Assembly: GCA_027449585.1 (NCBI GenBank)
Contig: DAIDLJ010000002.1
Span: 1 to 58,151, forward strand
From: Candidatus Micrarchaeota archaeon
GTDB lineage: Archaea > Micrarchaeota > Micrarchaeia > Micrarchaeales > CABMGC01
Direction: 5' to 3'
Length of the DNA stretch: 58,151 nucleotides
The notes under the pieces: model-generated
Told to the model about the DNA's origin: nothing
Database searches by the model: none
The model's input: the letters and a program-made list of their open reading frames with translations, nothing else
Program-made: the position numbers and the translations under genes
In this document: one piece after another, positions 8,817-17,423 of the stretch
How the letters are laid out: the number at the start of each line of letters is the position of its first letter
Position numbering within the stretch: the stretch's first letter is position 1

Positions 8817-9269
8817 ATGGCGATCAGATACTGGGAGTATGAGGATGCCCCACTCAAGGAGAAGCTAAAGGATCCCAACGTCAGGGACATTGCCAAGATT
8901 TACTTCGACAATGACACAAAGGCCTACAGGTTCTCACGCGCGCTGTGCGAGGTGAAGAAGAAGGGCAGCCTTAGGCTCAAGGATTGCAGCGGCGAATTGC
9001 CAGTAGCCACATGGAAGAGGTATCTTGACTTTGGGGTTATGGTCGGCATGCTCAAGCACGAAGAAGGTAGCTACTCGTTCACTGACAGGTATTCCAGGCC
9101 CCTAAAGAACATATCCTCTTACATAAAAGCCTGGATGGAGGTGCCTAAGGAAGAGGATCTGCTTGTGCTTTTTGCAAATGCCAAGACGGACAGGCAAAGG
9201 AAGCGCGGCGGCAGGACGACTGTGGAAGCCGCGCAGCCGCAGCAGACAGAGGTCAAGCAGGCAGATTAG
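8817..9269 (+). CDS. Hypothetical protein with basic/Gln-rich tail
   Basis: 150-aa ORF with codon usage like its neighbours. A TATA-like 'GGTTAAATT' lies upstream. I recognise no family. Confidence 0.5.
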   Translation: MAIRYWEYEDAPLKEKLKDPNVRDIAKIYFDNDTKAYRFSRALCEVKKKGSLRLKDCSGELPVATWKRYLDFGVMVGMLKHEEGSYSFTDRYSRPLKNISSYIKAWMEVPKEEDLLVLFANAKTDRQRKRGGRTTVEAAQPQQTEVKQAD

Positions 9270-10705
9270 GACTGCCTTGTACTGTACCAGATGGTGCCGT
9301 ACTCGCTGTCCTCCAAGGATATTGAATGCTCTAATCTTAGCTTCTCCCTTATCGCATCTGCCTCATCGAATTTCCCTTCCTTCCTTAGCCTCTCTCTATC
9401 CCTTATCAGGTCTGCGGCTTCTGGTGCGAGCTTGTGCTTGTAGGAATCCTTGCCGAGTATTCCGAGGACCTGCGCGTTGTTGATTACAGATCCCACTGCA
9501 AGGTCCTTTGCGGCCTTGCCTATCTCCCTGTTTGCCTGCGCATATGTTCGCAGGAGGTCTATTGCCGCAGAGAGTCTGGTCAGGGCAAGAGGGGTGTTGA
9601 AGTCGTCGTCCATGGCCTGGGCGAATCCACTATCCAGGTCGGTTGCCATTTTGCCTATCTCTTCTGGAACGGCCTCATCACTAGTCTCATTCATGTTGTA
9701 GAATATGCTAAATGACGCATAGAGGTAGTTCATCCTTGCTGCGGCCTTCTTTATGAACTCCTCCGTGTAGCCGAAGTCCTTCCTATAGTGGGTAGAGATG
9801 ACAAGTAGCCTTAGCGCCTCTGCATCGTACCTCTTGAGGAGCTCCCTTATGCGGATGAAGTTCTTGAGGCTCTTTGACATCTTCTCGCCCTTTATGAGCA
9901 TTATGCCGGAATGCATCCAGTACTTAACGAAGGGCTTCACGCCGAATGCGGCCTCGGCCTGGGCTATCTCGTTTGTGTGGTGCGGGAAGATCAGCTCTAT
10001 TGCGCCTCCGTGCAGATCGTACTGCTTCCCGAAGATCGCATGCGTTATGGCGGTGTCCTCTATGTGCCATCCGGGCCTGCCATTGAGGCTTCGGGCCTTG
10101 CCATCAACAGTTAGTTCTATTCTCCAGCTGGGCTCTGACTCCTTTGCGGCCTTCCATAGGGAGAAATCGTAGCTGTTCCTCTTTCCCTCCCGCGGCTCTA
10201 TCCTGTGCTTCTCTAGCTCATCAAGACGCATTCCAGAGAGCTTGGTGTAATCCTGGAATTTGGAGACATCATAGTATACGTCGTCGTCTATAACATACGC
10301 ATATCCCTTATCCAGCAGGAGCTGTATCTGAAAGACCATCTCGGAGATATAGTCGTGCGACCTTGGATACTGGTCCACGCCCTTTCTGACGCCTATTGCT
10401 TCCATGTCCTCCATGAACCGCGTCTCAAACCTCCTTGCAAGCTCTATTGGGTCGGTGCCTTCCTCCTGCGCCCTCTTTATTATCTTGTCATCGATGTCAG
10501 TTATGTTCTGTATGTATTTGACATCGTATCCGCTGCGCCGCAGCCACCTTGCCACTACGTCGAAATTTATATAGTTCTTGGCGTGTCCGAGATGCGCGTC
10601 GTCGTAGACTGTCTGGCCGCAGACGAACATGCGCACCTTCTTGCCCTCAAGGGGCCTGAACTCCTCCTTGGACCTTGAAAGGGTGTTGTATACCAGGAGC
10701 ATCAT
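9266..10705 (-). CDS. cysS: Cysteinyl-tRNA synthetase
   Basis: 479 aa. It has the class I 'HLGH' and 'KMSKS' motifs and a CysRS-type N-terminus 'LYNTLSR..EEF.P'. Confidence 0.93.
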   Translation of the reverse strand: MMLLVYNTLSRSKEEFRPLEGKKVRMFVCGQTVYDDAHLGHAKNYINFDVVARWLRRSGYDVKYIQNITDIDDKIIKRAQEEGTDPIELARRFETRFMEDMEAIGVRKGVDQYPRSHDYISEMVFQIQLLLDKGYAYVIDDDVYYDVSKFQDYTKLSGMRLDELEKHRIEPREGKRNSYDFSLWKAAKESEPSWRIELTVDGKARSLNGRPGWHIEDTAITHAIFGKQYDLHGGAIELIFPHHTNEIAQAEAAFGVKPFVKYWMHSGIMLIKGEKMSKSLKNFIRIRELLKRYDAEALRLLVISTHYRKDFGYTEEFIKKAAARMNYLYASFSIFYNMNETSDEAVPEEIGKMATDLDSGFAQAMDDDFNTPLALTRLSAAIDLLRTYAQANREIGKAAKDLAVGSVINNAQVLGILGKDSYKHKLAPEAADLIRDRERLRKEGKFDEADAIREKLRLEHSISLEDSEYGTIWYSTRQS

Positions 10706-10707
10706 GA

Positions 10708-11484
10708 TCAGCTGGTGAGGTTAACCGACTGGTTGACTATCACTCCACGCGTAGAGATAGGCTTCTTGCTCATGTAGAATCCGGTGACTGCCATGTAATT
10801 GAGGTTGGCGCCTCCGCTCACGATGGACGTGCCAGCGAATACTCTTATCTGTGCGTGCTGGCATATGAGCGGGAGGAGATTTATGCTGGCATTGACGAAG
10901 GTACTTGTGGAGTTGCCTCCCTGCTGCGTTGCCGTGAACGTATTGAAGTAGGTGGTTATTGTGGGAACGCCGTTGTGCAGCACCTGCACATAAAGCTGGC
11001 TGCTCTGCGGGGAGATTATCTTGAAGTTGAGGTACGGCTCCGTCACAAGGAATGCTTCAGACGTGAGGTTGCCTCCGACGACCTGAAGGCCTCCCTTGAA
11101 ATTTGTCGCAAAGAAGTTCGTTCCTGCTCCAGTCCACGGAACCGAGTAATAGGAGTGCTGGGAGTTTGCATAGGTCAGGTTCGTTGGCACTGTGCCAAAG
11201 CCGAGGCCTTGCGAGGTCCATCCGGCATATGTGCCTGTGGAGAAGTTGCCGTTGAAGATGCTTGCATTGTTGGTTGGAGATATGCATGACGAGTAATTGT
11301 TTATCGGGAGGATGGTTGTCTGGCTGCTGTTGGAAGTTGCATTTGAAAGAGTGGTTGTCGGCTGAGCCAGCGTAGATGGCGCTGTTGTGGTGGCCTTGCT
11401 GCTGGGCGGTGGAAGTACGACGAAGGCAAGCACAAGCACTAGAGCAAGCAGCGCAACATAAATCAATATCGCTTTTGAGTCCAT
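10708..11484 (-). CDS. Membrane-anchored/secreted protein with Thr/Ser-rich linker and jelly-roll-like domain, many N-glycosylation sequons
   Basis: 258 aa. It has an N-terminal hydrophobic helix (ILIYVALLALVLVLAFVVL) and a T/S/P linker. The 'FNGNFSTGTYAGWTSQGLGFG' motif is typical of ConA/LamG-like beta-sandwich domains. At least 10 NxS/T sequons are present. Confidence 0.6.
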   Translation of the reverse strand: MDSKAILIYVALLALVLVLAFVVLPPPSSKATTTAPSTLAQPTTTLSNATSNSSQTTILPINNYSSCISPTNNASIFNGNFSTGTYAGWTSQGLGFGTVPTNLTYANSQHSYYSVPWTGAGTNFFATNFKGGLQVVGGNLTSEAFLVTEPYLNFKIISPQSSQLYVQVLHNGVPTITTYFNTFTATQQGGNSTSTFVNASINLLPLICQHAQIRVFAGTSIVSGGANLNYMAVTGFYMSKKPISTRGVIVNQSVNLTS

Positions 11485-11549
11485 ATAAGCACGATTAGCA
11501 TTGTTCAGATAAAGTATATATTATTGACACAGGATGCTCAAGGTCGCAG

Positions 11550-11735
11550 ATGCCCGGCTCACGTCCAAATAAGGAGCATCGGTTTTATAAATTTATTACT
11601 GTTAATAGCTGTGGTGCTGTTCTGGGAAGCATACCTAGGAAATGGAAAAAGAAGGGAAGAATGCGCTGGAAATGGCTAAAGAAGAGAAGGCGAAGGATAA
11701 AGCGCGCGCAGAAGAGAAGAGTAGGAGAACTCTGA
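11550..11735 (+). CDS. rpl41e: Ribosomal protein L41e-like basic peptide; conserved core is the C-terminal ~35 aa (minimal ATG ORF 11661..11735)
   Basis: The C-terminus reads '[30 protein letters not shown]'. [20 protein letters not shown] aligns with eukaryotic L41 [25 protein letters not shown]. The TATA box TTTTATAAAT at 11583-11592 lies inside the 61-aa track ORF, so the true start is downstream of 11550. Confidence 0.6.
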   Translation: MPGSRPNKEHRFYKFITVNSCGAVLGSIPRKWKKKGRMRWKWLKKRRRRIKRAQKRRVGEL

Positions 11736-11760
11736 TCCGGGGCAGCTCCGCGGAGATTCT

Positions 11761-13008
11761 GTGGATTACAAGATAAAAGACATTACGCTGGCCCCTAAAG
11801 GGAACCTTCAGCTTGAATGGGCAGCAATGCACATGCCTGCGCTTGAGGAGGTAAGGAAGGATTTCCTTAAGACTAAGCCATTCAAGGGAAAGCGGATATC
11901 TGCTCTTCTTCATGTGACCAAGGAGACTGGAATGCTTATGCGCTGCCTCAAAGCAGGCGGCGCTGAGCTCGCCTTGGGCGCAGGGAATCCTCTCTCAACG
12001 CAGGACGACATAGCCGCAGCTCTTGTGAAGGATGGCGTGCGCGTATATGCGTGGAAAGGCGAGAGCGTGGCGCAGTATAATGAAAGCATAAGTAAGGTGC
12101 TCGACTTTGACCCGGATATAATAATCGATGACGGAGCGGACCTTCACACCCTTGCACATTCAAAGAAAGCGGATGTGAGCGCGGTAGGGGGAACTGAGGA
12201 GACCACATCAGGCATACACAGAGTAAAGGCAATGGAAAAGGACGGCGTGCTCAAGTACCCGATAATAGCGGTAAACAATGCAAACACAAAGTATCTTTTC
12301 GACAACAGGTATGGGACGGGGCAGAGCACTGTCGACGGAATAATACGTGCGACTAACATATTCATACCAGGAAAGATTGCAGTGGTAGGAGGGTACGGAT
12401 GGGTTGGCCGTGGCGTTGCGATGAGGCTGCGCGGCGTCGGCGCGCGGGTAATAATCACTGAGGTGGATCCGTTCAAGGCGCTCGAGGCGAATATGGACGG
12501 ATTTGACGTGATGACAATGGACCAGGCTGCGGAGGTCGGAGACATATTCGTTACTGCGACTGGAGACATAGACATAATCGTAGGAAAGCACATGAAAAAG
12601 ATGAAGGACGGGGCGATACTGTGCAACACAGGGCATTTTGACGTCGAAGTTGACGTCAAGGCACTAAGGGAGATGGCGAAGAAGAGAAGGGAGATAAGGA
12701 GCAGCCTGGAAGAGTATACCCTGCCAAATGGCAGAAGGCTATACCTGCTTGCAGAGGGCCGGCTGGTAAACCTTGGAGCTGCAGAAGGGCATCCTAGCGA
12801 AGTCATGGACCTGAGCTTTTGCAACCAAGCACTCTCCGCAAAATACGTGCTTGAGAACTCTGGATCGCTCGAGAACAAGGTGTACAAGATACCTGACGAG
12901 ATAGACAGGATGATCGCATCAATAAAGCTAAAGGCGCTGGGCATAAAGATAGACAAGCTAAGCGATAAGCAGCAAAGATACCTCTCCCAGTGGGAGTATG
13001 GCACCTGA
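11761..13008 (+). CDS. ahcY: S-adenosyl-L-homocysteine hydrolase
   Basis: 415 aa with a GTG start. The N-terminus '[24 protein letters not shown]' is typical. A 'GYGWVGRG' NAD-binding loop is present. Confidence 0.93.
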   Translation: MDYKIKDITLAPKGNLQLEWAAMHMPALEEVRKDFLKTKPFKGKRISALLHVTKETGMLMRCLKAGGAELALGAGNPLSTQDDIAAALVKDGVRVYAWKGESVAQYNESISKVLDFDPDIIIDDGADLHTLAHSKKADVSAVGGTEETTSGIHRVKAMEKDGVLKYPIIAVNNANTKYLFDNRYGTGQSTVDGIIRATNIFIPGKIAVVGGYGWVGRGVAMRLRGVGARVIITEVDPFKALEANMDGFDVMTMDQAAEVGDIFVTATGDIDIIVGKHMKKMKDGAILCNTGHFDVEVDVKALREMAKKRREIRSSLEEYTLPNGRRLYLLAEGRLVNLGAAEGHPSEVMDLSFCNQALSAKYVLENSGSLENKVYKIPDEIDRMIASIKLKALGIKIDKLSDKQQRYLSQWEYGT

Positions 13009-13062
13009 TTTTGGCCGCTGCAAAGAGATTTAAATGAGGAAATCCCTAGTTTTTCTGATGGC

Positions 13063-13623
13063 ATGGCAGTTAGATTTAGCGAACTTGACAAAGTGCTGGC
13101 TGCGGCGGTTGTAAAAGGAGATGTTGAGGCTGCAAGAAGGGCAATTGTAGATGGGGCAGATGTCACGGCTACAAATGATGCCGGCCATACGCTGCTTATA
13201 CTTTCAATGTACCACAAGCATCTTGATATGTCAAGATTCCTCTTGGAGCAAGGAGTCTCTATAAGAGCAAGGGACAATACGGGATGGGATGCCATCATGC
13301 ACGCAGTCACCTTGAATGATACCGATCATGTCAGGCTGCTTGCCGAGAATAAGGCGCCGCTCAATGAGAGATATCCTGATGGGCTGACAATCCTGATGCG
13401 CGCGGCGATGATTAATCCTGAGATAACGGAGATTCTGCTCAGGGCTGGCGCAGAGAAGGATGCGCGAGACGATAACAGGCTAAGCGCGCTGGATTATGCG
13501 CTTCTATCACATATGCACGACTGCGCAGATGTGCTCCTAAGATATAAGGCTTATGAGAGCGACCTTGACAAGGATCTTGAGATTAGGGACAAGATAGAGG
13601 ACATATTTCGCAAGGATGACTAG
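13063..13623 (+). CDS. Ankyrin-repeat protein (about 4 repeats)
   Basis: 186 aa. It shows repeated 'D..G.T.L..A......v..LL..GA' units, for example 'NDAGHTLLILSMYHKHLDMSRFLLEQGVSIRARDNTGWDAIMHAV' and 'LLRAGAEKDARDDNRLSALDYAL'. Confidence 0.8.
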   Translation: MAVRFSELDKVLAAAVVKGDVEAARRAIVDGADVTATNDAGHTLLILSMYHKHLDMSRFLLEQGVSIRARDNTGWDAIMHAVTLNDTDHVRLLAENKAPLNERYPDGLTILMRAAMINPEITEILLRAGAEKDARDDNRLSALDYALLSHMHDCADVLLRYKAYESDLDKDLEIRDKIEDIFRKDD

Positions 13624-13624
13624 A

Positions 13625-14215
13625 TTAGGCAAGCGTCCTTGTCTGGTATCTTCCGCGCTCTTCTATCGCTTCAAGCCGGCTTAGCGTCTCTTTGCTTGAT
13701 TTTGCATTCCTAGAGTAAGATGACGCAAACGCAGAGTAGAGCGCTTTGGTCATCTGTCTTTTCATGAGGAGGAGGTCAAGTGCGCGCTCCTCGCTTGCGC
13801 TGGATGGCTCGGAGAGACCAAAATCTATCACGTAGACTTTTTTGCCGTCCGTGATTATGTTCGCCGGCGTGAAATCTCCGTGGACTATCCCTGAGTTGTG
13901 CAGTATTGCGAGCTGTTTTCCAACCAGCCTTGCGGCATCTTTGGTTATCCTTGTGTCCTTGAGGAGCTTTCCGTGGAGATGCTCCATGTATATTGCACTG
14001 CTCCCTACTGCAACTACCTGGGGCACGCTCACCCCGTTTTCATGCGCCTTCACCGTCATCTTTGCTTCTTTCTTTGTGCGCGCAATCCTTATCGATTCGT
14101 CAAGTTCGCGTACGCGGTATCTTTTCGGCTCGCGGTGCTTTATCAGGACATCCTTCCCATAAAGCCTTGCCAAGTAGATTGTTGCCTCCGCTCCCTCGGA
14201 AAATTTTTTCAGCAT
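13625..14215 (-). CDS. bud32: KEOPS subunit Bud32/PRPK atypical kinase
   Basis: 196 aa. The motifs 'GAEA.IY', 'HGDFTPANI' and 'VIDFGLS' match the small RIO-like Bud32 kinase. It lies 1 nt downstream of kae1. Confidence 0.88.
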   Translation of the reverse strand: MLKKFSEGAEATIYLARLYGKDVLIKHREPKRYRVRELDESIRIARTKKEAKMTVKAHENGVSVPQVVAVGSSAIYMEHLHGKLLKDTRITKDAARLVGKQLAILHNSGIVHGDFTPANIITDGKKVYVIDFGLSEPSSASEERALDLLLMKRQMTKALYSAFASSYSRNAKSSKETLSRLEAIEERGRYQTRTLA

Positions 14216-14216
14216 A

Positions 14217-15191
14217 TCATACCACCATGGCCTGGTCGATCCTGTATCTTTGCTCTATGTCGCAATCGATTATCTTTGAATTGATCCCTGCCAAAAGCAT
14301 CCTCTCGCCTACGAAGGCGATCATCGCACCGTTGTCAGCATTGAATTCGTTGGCCGCATAGCCTATCTTTGCCCCGTGATCCTGGGCTATCATGCTTAAC
14401 ATGGCCTTGAGGCGCGTGTTCTGTGCCACGCCGCCGCATACGCAGATCTCATTGCTGTTTGAGACTAGCAGCGCCCGCTCAAGCGCCTCGCACAGCATCG
14501 AGAAAGAGGTCTCCTGTATCGAATAGCAAATGTCTCTTATCCTGTGGCCCTTTATCTGTTTTATCGAGTGGGTAAGTAGCCCTGTGAAGGAGAAGTCCAT
14601 GCCCTTTACGGTGTAAGGCATTGGGATGTATTTGCCGCCAACGGCGGCCTTCTCGACGGTTGAGCCCCAAGCAGGATCAAGGCCGGCATCTCTTGCGAAG
14701 TTGTCAAGCATGTTTCCGATGCCTATGTCGAAGGTCTCACCGAGGACATTATAGTGCCTCTTCTTTCCCTTTGATAATTTGAGTATCTGTGAATTGCCTC
14801 CGCTTACGTAGAGTACGATTGGATCCTTAAGTCCGCTCTGCAGCCGCCCTATCTCTATGTGGCCTATGCCGTGATTAACGGGCGCTATTGGAATGCCAAG
14901 CCTCTGCGCCAGCGTCTTTGCGACGGTCTGGCCGACCTGGAGGCAGCTGCCTATGCCTGGGCCGCGCGTGTAGGCTATCCCTCCTATCTCAGAGGCTTTT
15001 ACGCCTGCCCTTGCAAGCGCCCTCTCAAGGACAGATGAGGAGTTTTCGACATGGAACTCGGCGACCTTCTTTGGTATCATTCCAGTAGTGCCGATCTTAT
15101 ACATTGACTTCTCATTTGCAAGTATCTTCCCGTCGTCGACTATGCCTATGCCGAAAGTGTGCGCACTGCTCTCTACTCCAAGAGTTAGCAT
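14217..15191 (-). CDS. kae1: tRNA N6-adenosine threonylcarbamoyltransferase Kae1
   Basis: 324 aa. It begins 'LGVESSAHTFGIGIV' and has an ASKHA-fold Kae1/TsaD pattern with HxxH 'HGIGHIE'. Confidence 0.92.
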   Translation of the reverse strand: MLTLGVESSAHTFGIGIVDDGKILANEKSMYKIGTTGMIPKKVAEFHVENSSSVLERALARAGVKASEIGGIAYTRGPGIGSCLQVGQTVAKTLAQRLGIPIAPVNHGIGHIEIGRLQSGLKDPIVLYVSGGNSQILKLSKGKKRHYNVLGETFDIGIGNMLDNFARDAGLDPAWGSTVEKAAVGGKYIPMPYTVKGMDFSFTGLLTHSIKQIKGHRIRDICYSIQETSFSMLCEALERALLVSNSNEICVCGGVAQNTRLKAMLSMIAQDHGAKIGYAANEFNADNGAMIAFVGERMLLAGINSKIIDCDIEQRYRIDQAMVV

Positions 15192-15239
15192 TTTACCGTT
15201 AGTAAGTGAGCAGAATAAGTATTTATTCGGATTGCATGC

Positions 15240-16364
15240 TCATGAGATTAGCATGAACGAGTCGAGACTGCCCCTTAGCTTCTCCTTCTTTTTGTTGTGG
15301 TCTTCAAGGAATTTGTTTATCTTGCTTGCCAGATCCTTCTTGTGCTCGCCTGCTAGCAAAGTGCCTTTCCTCTCGCCTTCAAATATCGCCTCCAGCTTTT
15401 TGTCGTCAGGCTCGAAGAGATACTTGTTGTACTGGCATACAGAGCACTTGTCCGGATCCCCTCCGAACTTTTTCTGCAGCTCTATTGTTGACTGCTGGCC
15501 AGTTATTGCCTTGTTGACCTTCTTTGTGACTACATCTGGCGCATCGCTTAGGTATATCGTGTTGTCCGGATCGCTTGATGACATCTTTGGCCCGCCTTTT
15601 AGAGAAGGGAGGAACTTTGAATGAATTATAGCAGGCTTGTAGTATCCCAGCTTGTCTATGGCATTCCTTGCGACCCTGAAGTGCACGTCCTGGTCGATGC
15701 CAAGGGGTATGAGGCAGGGAACGTTCTTTCCCATCTCCACGGATTTTAGGAATGCTGGAACGGCCTGCGTGCTGGTGTAGAAAAGCGTTCCTATGTTTGT
15801 GTCGTTGCCGAACCCGAACGCATCCTTTACTATCGAGAACGTGAGATACTTGGATACGCGAACGGCCTGCTTGTATATCTTTGATGCGTACTCTGTATTG
15901 AGGAACATCTTTGTCTTATCTGGGTCAAAGCCGAGAGCCGCTATGTCAAGTGCGTCCTGGTACGCAAGTTCGTGCGTCTTCTCCAGCGTGAGCTTCATGT
16001 CCCTTTTTGCAAGGAACTTCTCCTCGTCAGGTATCTGTATTAGCACCTCTGCATCGAACTTTTCCTGCAGCCACTGGGCCATTATGAATGGAAGGAGGTG
16101 AGCTATTGTCATGCTTCCGGATGGCGCTATTCCAGTGTATACGTAGAACTTCTCGCCCTTCTCGTACTTGTCAAGGAGCCAGTTGAGGTCCCTGTTTGCA
16201 AAGAAGATTCCGCGCCTGAGCATGTAATGCAGAGAGCCAGCGTCCTTCTTTATCCGGTCCTTGAGCGCATCATCTATTAACTGCACGCCGAATCTTGTGA
16301 CAAGGTCATCGTAATTCACGTTGCCTTCAACAGAATAAGCATCAACCTTGAAATCCTCTGCCAT
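15240..16364 (-). CDS. trpS: Tryptophanyl-tRNA synthetase (archaeal/eukaryotic type)
   Basis: 374 aa. It has the class Ic layout with 'YTGIAPSGSMTIAHL' (HIGH region) and 'KMSSS'. Confidence 0.88.
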   Translation of the reverse strand: MAEDFKVDAYSVEGNVNYDDLVTRFGVQLIDDALKDRIKKDAGSLHYMLRRGIFFANRDLNWLLDKYEKGEKFYVYTGIAPSGSMTIAHLLPFIMAQWLQEKFDAEVLIQIPDEEKFLAKRDMKLTLEKTHELAYQDALDIAALGFDPDKTKMFLNTEYASKIYKQAVRVSKYLTFSIVKDAFGFGNDTNIGTLFYTSTQAVPAFLKSVEMGKNVPCLIPLGIDQDVHFRVARNAIDKLGYYKPAIIHSKFLPSLKGGPKMSSSDPDNTIYLSDAPDVVTKKVNKAITGQQSTIELQKKFGGDPDKCSVCQYNKYLFEPDDKKLEAIFEGERKGTLLAGEHKKDLASKINKFLEDHNKKKEKLRGSLDSFMLIS

Positions 16365-16460
16365 ATTTTGCCACCAAGCGATGTGTATAGCTGGTGTATC
16401 AATTTATTTATGCATTGCGAAGCGATTAAAAAGAAGCGCTTTTATTATATATCTGCATTT

Positions 16461-16533
16461 GCGACCGTAGTCTAGCCTGGTAGGACTTTGGCCTTCCAAG
16501 TCAAGAACCCGGGTTCAAATCCCGGCGGTCGCA
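16461..16533 (+). tRNA. tRNA-Gly (anticodon UCC)
   Basis: 73-nt cloverleaf. Acceptor GCGACCG pairs with CGGTCGC. D arm is GTCT-AGCCTGGTA-GGAC. Anticodon stem TTGGC pairs with GTCAA, with loop CTTCCAA. T arm is CCGGG-TTCAAAT-CCCGG and the discriminator is A. TATA-like TTTATTATATAT lies at 16441-16452. Confidence 0.9.
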
Positions 16534-16568
16534 TCTGGTTCTTGCTCATTCCTGCTTTAGTAGAAAGT

Positions 16569-16871
16569 TCAGAATTCCTTTTGCTTATGCTCTTCCACAG
16601 TTATTACGTAAGCCATATTTATCAGGATGTGCTGCTTGAGGTTCGTCTCGGCGCCGTTGACAAAAGTGGTAATGTTATATTCGAGTTTTATGAAATTGTT
16701 GTCTGACCCCACAAGTATGCCAGGATAAGTTCCCTCTTCGAGTATCTGGTCTCTTATTCCGGGCCCACCCCTTGTCTTGACGAGCACCTTCTTGCCCATG
16801 AGCTCGTTGAGAAGCACATTTAGCGGTGAGGTTGCATCCTCTGTCACTTGCTGCGGGCCGGATCCTTCCAT
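16569..16871 (-). CDS. Sm-like (LSm) protein, divergent
   Basis: 100 aa. 'PLNVLLNELMGKKVLVKTRGG' resembles the Sm1 motif and 'ILINMAYVITV' resembles the Sm2 strand. TATA 'ATTTTATAAC' lies about 30 nt upstream. The assignment is tentative. Confidence 0.45.
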   Translation of the reverse strand: MEGSGPQQVTEDATSPLNVLLNELMGKKVLVKTRGGPGIRDQILEEGTYPGILVGSDNNFIKLEYNITTFVNGAETNLKQHILINMAYVITVEEHKQKEF

Positions 16872-17115
16872 AGTATCCTATTGGTAGAACTGTTATAAAA
16901 TAGCGACAGTTAATCTCGCCCGGATCTACATTTACTTCAGGTAGGAAGGCTGAGTTTGCAACAAACCAAGTTTCTAATAAGTGGTGTTGCCTTGGATGCT
17001 TACCAGCCCAACTTCTACATATGGTTGGGTTGTCTTTGAATGCAGCATTATTGCTACTTGGCTGAAGAGGCTGAAGAGGGGCTTTTACCACACAGCCCTT
17101 CCTCTTGCAAAAAAC

Positions 17116-17124
17116 CTTATAAAT
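17116..17124 (+). promoter_or_regulatory. TATA box of the RNA polymerase operon
   Basis: CTTATAAAT lies about 60 nt upstream of the rpoH ATG at 17182. Confidence 0.4.
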
Positions 17125-17181
17125 GTTCATTTTCTAAGGAATATTGGAATTCCCTTTGCTAGTGCTTATTTTGGGTGTTTT

Positions 17182-17412
17182 ATGACCACGAAGAGCGATC
17201 ATGAACTCGTACCGGTGCACGAATTGATGAGCGAGAAAGAGGTCAAAACGCTTCTTGATTCGATGGGCATGACACTCGAAGGCCTTCCAAAGATATTTGA
17301 TACTGATCCGCAGGCAGTGAAGCTTGGTGCGAAGACAGGACAGGTAATAAAGATCTACAGGCGCGAAGGAAAGCGCGAAATCCCATACTACAGAGTTGTA
17401 GTTGAAGGATAA
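17182..17412 (+). CDS. rpoH: DNA-directed RNA polymerase subunit H (Rpo5)
   Basis: 76 aa counted from the internal ATG of track ORF 16981..17412. The blocks 'HELVPVHELMSEKEVKTLL', 'LPKIFDTDP' and 'GQVIKIYRRE...YYRVVV' are the RpoH signature. The longer ORF would run across the TATA box. Confidence 0.88.
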   Translation: MTTKSDHELVPVHELMSEKEVKTLLDSMGMTLEGLPKIFDTDPQAVKLGAKTGQVIKIYRREGKREIPYYRVVVEG

Positions 17413-17423
17413 ATTGTGGTTTA

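Noticed and set aside
12144-13310. A 388-aa ORF antisense to ahcY and the ankyrin gene. Similar long antisense ORFs include 28817-29692 (291 aa, opposite ths), 25841-26689 (282 aa, opposite L14e/cmk/L34e), 42332-43189 (285 aa, opposite mcm), 18288-18920 and 6407-7018.
   Set aside because: All lie opposite genes with unambiguous conserved products. Their translations are low-complexity and Ser/Leu/Pro/Cys-rich, as expected from the complement of purine-rich (GAR/AAG/AGG) codons that suppresses stop codons on the antisense strand. None has its own promoter or recognisable motifs.
16675-17130. A 151-aa minus-strand ORF spanning the large intergenic region and the Sm-like gene.
   Set aside because: It overlaps the Sm-like gene in another frame and runs across that gene's TATA box. 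The composition is Cys/Arg/Pro-rich with no motifs, and the ATG sits inside the rpoH promoter.
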